Assembly (NCBI RefSeq): GCF_009914755.1
Contig: NC_060936.1
Length of the DNA: 64,000 nt
Strand: one strand, 5' to 3'
Source of the DNA: the human T2T-CHM13v2.0 reference genome, Homo sapiens
The notes under the pieces are model-generated. The model ran no database searches and was not told the origin of the DNA. It saw only the letters and a list, made by a program, of their open reading frames with translations. The position numbers and the translations under genes are program-made. Positions 53,309 through 64,000 of this stretch are shown here, piece by piece. Position 1 is the first letter of the stretch; each line of letters opens with the position of its first letter.

Positions 53309-56296
53309 TTTGTTTCTACTTTTACACTTTCTGGGAAAAATGAATACTCATACCTTGAAATCTATTTTACTAGGCCAACAAATTTGTAGGATGAGTAAGT
53401 TTTCTTTAGGAGCTTGCATTCCTTAGGATAATTCCAATACTCTTGGCCTTGGGTTGCTTGAGCTCCAACAGCTAAAAACACTTCCATCTAGTAGAGAACA
53501 TTAGGCCATTAATCATGTTTCACCATCTCTTTTTCTCTCCCTCTCTCTTTTATTGTCCTTTCCCTGAAATGTACCTGCTTTTTTGCAAAAGCCAATTTAA
53601 GCTACCAGGCATTCTTTAAATGGCTAAAGGATCCTAGGTACCATGAGGTAGGGACAGGGGGAAAAAAAGAGGTGGTAGTTTCTTCAAGAAAGTCACAGTC
53701 TAGTACCCCAAAATACAAAAAACCCAGAGTCAGTATTATTTTTTATTTATATACATGAGTAGTTATGTAGAAGAAATGGATTTAGCTGAACATTCACCAT
53801 GTGTGAGTGAGTTCTGAGTTCAGTGTTGGAGGCTGGGCTTCAGGATAGGGGGCAGGAGCTAGAAGAGATGGTCTTCTCTATATAGGTCATGGCTAGGAAG
53901 GATCAAGTGTCCTTCCAAGGAGGCCAACCTACCTGCAGTCTTATGATGACTTTGAAAGTTTAAAAGAAAGTGTAAACTTGCAAAGGACTTAACATAAATG
54001 CTTTAAATGCAGTGAAGAATTTGGGATGGAGTAGGGGTGGGTGTTTGCCTCACCATGGTTTTGACTGATTCACTCATTTCTCTTTTCTTGATATTGCTTG
54101 AGCTCCCACCCCAAATCACTCTGACTTTCTGTCTCTCATGACCCTTCCAGTTCCAAATTTTCCCAATTCTATAGGCTGCCCGTTTACTTCGAATAGTGTT
54201 TTGCAGACCAAAGAGAAATTTGGAAGGATTTTTCTGTATGATGTGGAGAGTATGGAGGAGGATAACCTCACACAGTGTGAGGAGGCTAAGGGAGATTGTT
54301 CCTGAAATGATACTAAAACTGCTATTGACTTCAAGAGCCACATACCATCCATCAGTTAAAAACAAAGTGAATAGAAAATTGCCAGAAGATAGTCTTGAAA
54401 AAAAAACCCACAGATTCCAACCAGCCAATTTCAAAGTAAGCCCTGGAATAAATAACCTGTTGGATACCATGCATGTTAATGAACCTCAAACCATATACTG
54501 AAACTAGAAGGCAAATTTAATGACCCACTTGCAGAAACAAAAATATTAAGAGCTCAGGTCTTACTGGCAGGGATAAAAAGTCTATGGCAGGGGGATAATG
54601 GTAGCTAGCAAGGCCAGATGAGAAATAGAGGTATTATTAGCTGATTTCCTCAAAGTTGTTCACATTAAGTCTTCTGAAGAAGTAGAGGAAAATGAGCAAT
54701 GAGATGCACCAAAGGAGAAAAATCTATAGAGAGGACAAATGGAAAGCCATGGAAATCACTATTTATGCAGAACAATGAGACAGGCCATATTACTCTTTGA
54801 CTCTAGGTGAGATTTATATTATTAATGACTCTTTTTCTATAGTGCCTGCTTTTCCTTATTTAGTGAATTTAAGCACTTATGAAAAAGAGAGTCATGCCTA
54901 GTGAAAGCAGACATGTAATAACTTTCTGTGATGTGCTATCGACAAATCCATCTAAAGAAGAAAACCACCTCCACTAGGACTAATCGGCACCGCCAAACTC
55001 TTTGTCCAAAGCAGCTTTTGAACTTCTTGGTCTGATTTTCCGAGGTACTAGACTATATTGCCTATGGCTCTTCTATCTCCTTGCTATATTTCTATAGAAT
55101 ATTTATTTTGACATTTTAATAATGCTCAGTTTTGAGAATAAAGCTATCTCTGCTATTTAATGTGGGCAATGGTTTCTATGCCCTGAGAACCATTTAAATG
55201 AACTCTTTTGTATCTGAAGAAATTGATGACAATGCTTAGAAAACTTATTTCAAATGCATTGTTATACATGTAAATAATTTGCCCTCTGGTGGATAATAAA
55301 TAAGACCACTGGTTGTGGCAGCATTACTCTGTTTCATACTCATCATAGCTGTCCGAGGTCTGTGTGTGATAGATATGCAAAAATATTCCCAATAAAGACT
55401 GCTTAGAGTGTGTTATAGTTTTGAGACCTGCTATTTACCACTGTAGCACTAGTGGAAGTGAATTTAATAGATTAGTGTGTATGTTAGGAGTTGTAAACTT
55501 AAATGTTACTTCATTGGCCAGCTAGGTAGCACACGTGTGAAATAGCCTGATATAAGATAATAAGGAGTATCAGAGCATGTGGACAACTGGAGAATGTATA
55601 TATTATGCTAAAGGGCTTCAAATTCCAAAACTAAAAGAAAACAAAAGGTTCTTTGGCTGCAAGTGATGTCTGCAAAAAGCTGAAACAGAACTACAAGGCT
55701 CTCAATTCTCTGTCCTTATATCTAAAATTAAATTCTACCTTAGACTATACTATCCTTGAGGGACAAGCCCATGCTAGATTCTTCTTTATATCACATTGTA
55801 CATTCTCAATTACAGTTTTCTGGACAGCACAATATTTTTCCTAAGAAAAGACAGCTATTACAGTGTTCAGTAGAGATAAGTATCTTATTGTGGTTGAGAG
55901 GTGACTTGCCTTTGAGTCATAACTTTAAACCTGTTACAAACACGACTCTCATACATATGCATTGAACATGTGTCAAAGATTTATTTAAAACCCATTAATG
56001 AGGGAGGGAAAAGCAGGATGGTAAATCTAGTTCAAAGAAGAATTTGAGGGACCAAGAATATATAGTCACTGAAGGAAAGAATCCTGAAATAAGATGCAAA
56101 ATGGTTAATGTTCTACAGGGCAATAAAACCATAACCTTGAGGTTATCTTTTCTACTGGGCAGAAATTATTTGCATGTCTTGTGGACAAAATAATTTGCAA
56201 TTTGTCAGTCTTCACAAATTAACATTGAACTTTACAGTCTGTGGACCCTAATCAATAATAAATAGGAAGTCAGACAAAGATTATATCCCCTTGATC

Positions 56297-56457
56297 AGTG
56301 CTTCTCAAAATGTGATGTATACGAAGTAACCTGAGGATCATGTTAAAATGCAGATTCTGATGGAGTGGGTCTAGAGTGAGGCCTGAGACTTGGCATTCCT
56401 GACAGATCTCACATCATGCTGCTGCTGCAGGTTCAAGGACCACATTTCAGTAGCAGG
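56297..56457. mobile_element. MER5A-like element
   Basis: cagtgcttctcaaa...tgttaaaatgcagattctga...ggcctgaga...ggaccacatttcagtagca. Confidence 0.78.
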
Positions 56458-57310
56458 AATGGTGGGTGGCATTTTAGACATGCAGATCCATTAGACAATA
56501 GGAGAGTATGTCTTTCGAAAGGCACATAGTAATCTTTCATCCTTATTTCCATATTTTGCCTGCTTTTCTAACAACTGGATGAACAGGATATCACCAGATA
56601 AATATCATGCAGTATGAGATGAGTGTATTTATGACTTATTCAAGCCCTGAAAACAGACCTTTCATCTATGAGAGCCATGTCATTGCTTCTGTTTTGTGTC
56701 TCTGCTCTCATCCTCTTCTGTCTGCTGTTTTTCCATATGACTTACATTATTTATTTTTATACAAATACACAAACAGAAATTTACTGATCAGATGAATTTA
56801 GGAAATAGTCCCTGAAATATATTGATTTCTCTTCCCCCAAATGTTAGAAAATGTAAAGGGGCATCTTTCGTCAAACAGTACATCCCATCCTATGATGCAG
56901 ATGGCTTCAATTCAGTCTATTCATTTCTCATATCATAAAGGCATTTGAAACAGACAAAGCTGTGCATCATCTGTGGGGGAAGCAATCAGTGTGAATACAC
57001 CACAGATGTTTCCAAAGCAGAATAAATCGGCCTCTGGCCCAGTTGGAATTTTTCCTCCACAAGAGTTTTAGGTGATCCATTCTGTTCTGTCAACCCTGAA
57101 TCATGTTTACCTTCACTTTCTGATTGAAAGATTTGTTACTGGATCTCAGTAATGCTGATGAGAGAAGAGTCTTGGCTAAGGGTAATGAGGGAGTAAGGAG
57201 TCTTTCCCAGAACCGGTTCCTGGAATGTTAGCCTTATGAAATGGCATTATGAGTTCTGTAAAAGGAGGGACCCATGGGCAAATGTATTTGGACAACACTA
57301 GCTTAAATAA

Positions 57311-57590
<280 letters not shown>

Positions 57591-57814
57591 AACTTCTTAG
57601 AAACATAATATGTGGAGTGAATCTCCAAAAGTGATAAAAAGTTATTTTTCTAAACTTACCATATCTCCTCCATTTGAAGGTGCCATTGGTTGTAAACCAT
57701 TTTGTTAATTTAATAGTGGCTTTTTTTTTTAGAGGGAAAAGATTCAGCTAGCTAAATTTTTGATATTGTAAGATGAAGCTCCATTTTGGAAATGTTAAAG
57801 TATAAAAAAAGTGA

Positions 57815-58102
57815 ACTTGGGAATTGTTGGTCAAAGGGTACAAAGTTTTAGATAGATAGAAGGAATAGGTTTTGAGGTCTATTGCACAGAAGGGTGACTA
57901 TAGTCAATAATAATGTCTATTTCAAAATAACTAAGAGAGTAACTTTCAAAAGTCTCACCATAAAAATAATAGGTAGGTAAGTGAGATAAATGGACAGGTT
58001 AATTAACTTGATTTAATCATGCATGTCACATACAAATACCAAAACATCACATTGCATCCCATAAATATATACAACCATGATTTGTCAATCAAAAATAATA
58101 TT
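57815..58102 (+). mobile_element. L1MA-type 3' end fragment
   Basis: ttggtcaaagggtacaaagtt...tattgcacagaagggtgactatagtcaataataat...aaaacatcacattgcatcccataaatatatacaa. Confidence 0.8.
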
Positions 58103-58213
58103 AGAAAAAGATAAATGCCATGCAAAGAGGGTCTGGCTGTTCATACTCCCAGGCGAGAAAGAAAGGGTGGCCAGTGCTTACAGTTATAAGCAGAATCACA
58201 GGTGTCACTGGAT

Positions 58214-58290
58214 GAGGGAGGGGGAGAGAGACAGAGACAGAGAGAGACAGAAAGGGAAGAGAAAGAGACAGCAAGAGACAGACAGAGAAA
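58214..58290. repeat. GA-rich low-complexity tract
   Basis: Direct observation. Confidence 0.8.
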
Positions 58291-61200
58291 ATGAGAATAC
58301 ACTGTAGTAATCGTAAATTAGAAATTGGTTTTTTATCTGACCAGGAAAAGGGTGGAAGAACCGTGGCTACATCTGAGCTCTGATAATGGCAAGGTTAGAA
58401 CGCTAAACATTTAGATACTGATTGCTATGGAGTGCACTTGACAAGTAATACAAATCTTAGAAACAAAACAAAACACAAAAAGGAAGAAAATACATTATAC
58501 GGTCACAGTGGTCTCTTTTTAGGAAATGCATATTAGCATGCCAAGCTTTTAGAATTCCAAGAAACACATTTTAGGAGATATAAATCTAGAATGTTTTTTG
58601 AAAGGGCGAAATTCATTGTGAACATGACCAGACCATCACCTATTTTATTTTACTTTTTTTTTTTTTGCAGGAAAGAAGTGTCAGGAAATTAATAATACAG
58701 GGTTCTGTTTGTACTTTCCTTGATTAAAACAAATAATTTATTTGTTCCAAGTAAAAGAATTTGCATTGATTGGGGCTTTTGGTGGTCATGAATCACGTGT
58801 ATTTGAATTTTCAGGATAACCAGTACTTTCTCATGCTGAGAGTTGTAATGAAATGTACAGTCAGTCTTAAACTAATAATCAACTATAATTTATGTTAGAA
58901 GTGTAATTATAAAGGTAACCTTAGTTTATAAATTGCTAATTAATATTTTCCTCCCTGCTGAGGATATTAGCTTGTTTCCTGGTCCCTCTTGTCTTTGCCT
59001 ACCTGGCTGGGGATGGGGAATCTTTGGATGCTGAAAGACTTATGCACAGCTGTAGTTCTTTCTGAACATGGATGACATTAAAAATGACCACTTTAGTATC
59101 TCTACAGAAAGGTTGAAATAAGCCTCAGGCTTATTTATTCCATGTAGAGTCTTTGAACTATTTCAGCTGTTTGGATCATTTTATACAAAGCTGACAAAGG
59201 GCTGGGGGGAATGCACTTTTATACATTCTTAATTGAGATGTTTGTGTGGATGATCAGTTTCTGTGTTATTTTTAAGAGTAACTTAATTAAAAGTTAATAA
59301 TATCTATTCCAAGTCATTACTTTCACTTTTATGTCTGCTGTACATATAGAAGAGTAGTAGCATCTTGCAAGAAGTGCTCAAATTCTTTAACTAGTCACAT
59401 AGACCTTAACTTCTGTCCTTTTTCACTATTTTCACCACTACCTTATCTTGGTCTTCCTTTTTCTACCTGGGTGCTCCGAGGCTACACTTTCTGCTGACTA
59501 ATTCTCTCCTGAGAACTTTGATATTGTAGCCCAGGCTGTTTTGTTCTACTCATATGTGCATGTTTCCTTTATGATATTTGTTGTTGCCATTATGAGGTGT
59601 TTGCCATCTATTTATATTATGATGAGAACACCACAGTCATCTGGAATTGGAAAACAAACAGGAGCTCTGCATTGCCCACTATGTTCAGAAACAAATACAT
59701 TTGCAATCTGGAATAGTTATATATTTTTGCAACTCAAATCTTTCTTTGTTATTTAGAACTGTATGCTAGGGCTCTCAGAGAGCCATCATATAATTGCAGA
59801 TGAGAAACAAAGCAACACAATCCTATTTTAGATATTTGGAAACTCATAAAGATAGAACTACCTTGGTAACTCTTTATTCTCTGTTCATGTGCTGAGTTGG
59901 GTGCTGAACCCACCATGCTTTGCACACACTTCATTTTATCCATGCAGAAGCACCATAGTCAACAGCTGGGATCTCTCAGCACTCATCCCAGCTCAATGAA
60001 GATGCTATTTGGGATGTTTGATGTACAGTATGTGGTGTGGTGCAATGTGGTGAAAAGAATCTGAACTTGAAGTTAGCACAGCTGGGTTTGAGTGTTAGAT
60101 TTGTTACTTCCTAAACTTGTGCTCAGCTTAGGCACAAAGAAACAAATTATATTACCTCTTTTTGTCTCAAATGTCATCTTTCAATTGAAGATATTCTTCT
60201 ACTGCCCAATGTTGAATAAAGAGTAAAGGAGATGGCATACTTTAATGATGTACATATGGCATTATCTACGTCATACCCAGGTCTGGAAATACTTCTTCTC
60301 ATCATTACCTAAAAAATTCTAACTGCACCAAAGGAGGTGTGTTATTGGATATCTAATTTTAAAGTCATTTTAAGTCCCCCAATTCTCTAGTTTTTCCCAT
60401 AATTCAAAAGTCCTGATATTGCGGACTTCTTACTTTTTCTTCTCAAAGTAAGCTAGAATACATTCATTAAGCACAGAAGATTTCTGCAGTCATTTTAATT
60501 TCCATAAAGATGTATAAAAGAAAGGGTTTTCTGGTTTAACTACAATGGAGTAGGCTCTCAAAATCTTAGACTTGTATTAACAGAAATATCTGTGGTGTAA
60601 TTCCATTTCTAGCAAAAGCAGAAAGAAGATGGTTGGGACTTTTTTATGAGCTAGAATAGCAGAGGTAATGTTATATCAAACTATAGGGATTTAATTACCC
60701 CATTCCACAAATGTAGTTTTCAAATAAAGGAGTCAAAAGGATTTCTAAAGCTATTCTTCTGAACTGTGATATAAAAACCCAGAATACATTTAGTAGATGT
60801 AAAATGTATTACTGTACATTAGGAGCCACCACAATGAATGGTATCACAATAAGAAACACGACATGAGATTGAACACACAGTGATTAGAAATCTCTTGGCT
60901 GTCTTCTTAGAAATATTGCAATTTGCTTAGAGTTTTATATGCTTGCCACTGTAAGGATGGGCATTTCTGGACTGTTTCTGATGGGTGAATTTCACACTGG
61001 GGAAACGTCTCCTAGAAAATGGAAATGCTGTCATTTGAGGGCTTAAATCCAGACTAGGGGTAAGTAAGAAATGCTGTTAGGTTTGGGAGGAGTAAATCAC
61101 CTTGTGAGGGGGGTGCTCATCATTTTTTTCAGGATCTGAAAGTCTGTCCTTTAGAACGTCCATAAAAAATCATCTCTTCAGCAATGAAGAGGAGGCTAAT

Positions 61201-62011
61201 GCAGGGTGACTCAGGGACTTCTTTACTGAGGGGGCTTTAAAGTCTTTACAAAAACCTCTTTTCCTCTTTCTTATTAAAAAGATAACATATTTATTGTAGA
61301 AAAAATTTAAAACATAGATAAGGAAGGAAAATAAAGATCATCTGCACTATCACAGCAGCAATAAACACTCTTAACATTTTGGCATATAGTCTTCTAGCTT
61401 TTCTGAAAAGTCATTTTGCCAAGTCAAATAAGAACTTAGTAAATGGAAGTTCTGGCATTGGAAAAAGGAGCATCGAGGTTTGCATCCATTTATCAAACAC
61501 TTGTGCTGTCAGGAAAGTCTTTATCTTTTATATCTACAGAGGAAAGAATAAATTGGGTATATTCTAGAAATAGGGGGTTTGTAACTTTCAATCAACTAAG
61601 TTCCGAAGTGTTTTAGAGAACATTAGCTGTGGCTGATAAGTTTTGTTTGCTTTTCCTTCTTTGTTTTGAGAAAAAATTGAGCACATACCACTTTTTAATT
61701 AAAGAATTGTTTTCCACACATATTTCCTCAATCTTCAAATTTTCCTTTAGTTCTGTCCCCATTAGTGAGAGCTATTTTCATCCAGTCTAATCAATACTCG
61801 CCCCTTTCATTGTTCTCATTTTGAGTTTAGATCATAAACATACATCTGTCAGTAGCAAAAGTATTCTAAAGCTCCCCCTCTGCACTTGGTCGCAGATACT
61901 CATACTGTTAGGGTGTAAAAGGGAAACTGGAATCCATAAAACAGGGTGAACTCTACTATATATGACACTATGCGGTTTTCCTGAGCTGTGCAGCACAGGG
62001 ACCTGCTAGTA

Positions 62012-62830
62012 AGGCAGTATAGTATAGTGGGTAATTCAGAGTGCAGGTTTTGGGGTTAACTTACCTGGGTTTATACCCAGGCTCTGTCACTTACTGGCTG
62101 GATGAGGTTAAAGAGAAGATTATTCATAACACTTGTTAAAGAATGGTAAGGAAGACTTTATGCAGGACTATCATAATAGGTGCAGAAACCACTGCAATGG
62201 GGTTTTGCAGTAGGGGAGAGAGATTGGGTTCAACTCCTGATACAACAAAGAAAAGTAAGAATTTATAGCCAAGGAACAGGGTTGGGGAGGTGGTGGTCAG
62301 TGCATGGAGAGTTACTAAGAGGAAACCTCAGGGGCAAGGGAGGATTCTGGCTGAACTGTCCTAACAGGACTCTTGTGGAAGGCAGGCCAGGATGATTCAG
62401 ACATCATCTGGGGAAAGGTAGGGGATGAGGAATCTGATCAGATACTGAGGGTGATCAAATATCAAGGGTGATTCCAGTCAGATATTGAGGGTGATCAGAT
62501 GTCAAGGGTGAGGAATTCTGGCTAAATTAAACAATTTAGCAGGATTCTTGCTAACATTGGACAATGTAGACATGAGCACAGAAACACCAAAGTCAAGGTG
62601 TCGCTGGAAAAATGGTTCAGAGGAACCTGATTAGAATTTGGTTAAGATTAAGATCTTTGTCAGTAACTTTGCACAAGTTACTTAACCTCTCTGTGCCCCA
62701 GTTTTGTCATCTTTAAAATGAGGCTAATGATACTATACAATCTTGTAGAGCTGTTGTGAGAATTGATGAAATAATGCATTGTGAAGCTGCTTAGCACAGT
62801 GCTAAGCGTTCAAAAAATGCCAGCTAGCAT
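62012..62830 (+). mobile_element. MIR split by an LTR insertion
   Basis: aggcagtatagtatagtgg...ggctctgtcacttactggctg on the left resumes after the LTR as actttgcacaagttacttaacctctctgtgccccagttt. Confidence 0.75.
62106..62662 (-). mobile_element. MER31-like (ERV1) solo LTR
   Basis: Reverse strand begins TGACAAAGA...TTAACCAAATTCTAATCAGGTTCCTCTGAACC; internal repeats gagggtgatcaga; interrupts a MIR. Confidence 0.7.
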
Positions 62831-64000
62831 GTTTCACATGACTATACTCTCAGACTTCTGGGTGGCCATATCAGAAAGCACTCATGTCCAGGAAAGGCCC
62901 CTGGAGAGTTTCTTACTTTCTTCTGTGACCTTGGGTAATCCTCTAACTTTCAACAACTCACGTTTCCCCTTCTGAAGTGCAGACTATGCAGTTTATATTA
63001 CAAAATGGTTTTAGATGGAGATAGCATGCTACTTTGCAATGTAAAGTGTTTTAACCATAAATAATAGAGGTAAGGCCTCCCCTAAGAGATGTCGAGCTTC
63101 TCCTTGGAGATGGAGGAGGCTTCCCCTGAGTGAATAGCACACCTCCCCCGAGCATAGAGAAAGGCAAGTCACAGGAAACAGCTTGGGGAAAACAAATGAA
63201 AAAATATTGTTTGTGCCAGTGAGGGCCTGTGAAAGATGAATTCCTGACTAAACTTGTTAAGCAGATTAGGAGTGATGCTGTTCATAAATACATGCAGCCT
63301 TCCCTGAATAACTAAATAAAGCAATAAATTTGGGGTTTCAAATCTTGGCTGCTCCTCCTTATGAGTTCATGCTTCTTAGAACTCCAGCCAGGTGTTCGCA
63401 GTTTGGATGTAAGATGGCTTCATTAACATACAAGTATGCAAAGAAGCCATTGGAAGAGTTCTGAAAGATGTTGTTTGCTCTAGTTTTGATGTGTTTTGGA
63501 TATCTCTTCATGTTGGTACACAGGGGTCCTATGTTAGTGTCTAACTAGCAAAGTTTAAAAGTTCTCTGTAATAAAACAAGGGGATGTACCTTAAAATGAC
63601 ATGCTTTAGAAACATTTAATTGTTTAGCTCTCACAAAAACTTTTTTTTTTTGGCTGTTCACTTTTTCCTCTTTCAAATCTAATTAAAGAGTCTTAGTTCT
63701 TCCAAGAAAAAAGCCAACGGTATAATAGGCAAGGTAAGGGCATTGGATTTTGCTTCTTTGGAAAGATGTTCTAGCAAAGGCACACTCTTATTGTATTCCT
63801 ACTAAATATCTTTTCCACAGCGCTGATAGAGTCAGTTATGGCCCATTCATTTATTCATTAAGTAATATTTACTGAGCAACTACTATGTGTCAGGACTTAG
63901 TTAATTCAATTGTTAAACACTAGTCCTACTTTTGGGGAGCTTGCAGTCTACCGAGGGATATAGATAAGTGAACAGGGACTTTATAGCTTGTGAAGGCAAA

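Noticed and set aside
54003-54501. Overlapping ORFs of 155, 78 and 101 aa
   Set aside because: No recognisable domain, poly(A) tail or TSD to suggest a retrocopy; consistent with chance.

Overview
Human-like genomic DNA (Alu, L1PA, MIR and MER41 repeats) covering the middle of the tryptophan hydroxylase 2 gene (TPH2) on the + strand. The window runs from intron 2 to well into intron 8. Six coding exons splice in frame: exon 3 1773-1956, exon 4 2065-2165, exon 5 7067-7134, exon 6 28400-28596, exon 7 34831-34966 and exon 8 50335-50461. Together they give 813 nt / 271 codons (about E86-T356), covering the end of the ACT regulatory domain and most of the catalytic domain, including the iron ligands H318 and H323. 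The rest is intron, rich in interspersed repeats. Nearly all ORFs in the supplied track are spurious. I find no new multi-gene system. The best leads concern RNA processing and regulation of TPH2: (1) a GC-AG intron 3 with a competing GT donor 6 nt downstream, and an in-frame acceptor 18 nt upstream of exon 3; (2) a candidate alternative terminal exon and a poison exon near 19 kb in intron 5; (3) a sense MER41B LTR with two intact STAT GAS sites and an AATAAA just behind exon 6; (4) a U3-deleted antisense LTR7 behind exon 5; (5) a stop-free, frame-closed exon 6-7 circle flanked by inverted Alus; (6) two local intronic duplications; (7) a PBX/MEIS/HOX motif cluster; (8) a possible deletion in intron 5 relative to the reference. 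Repeat subfamily names and boundaries were assigned by eye from remembered consensus sequences and need RepeatMasker/Dfam confirmation.
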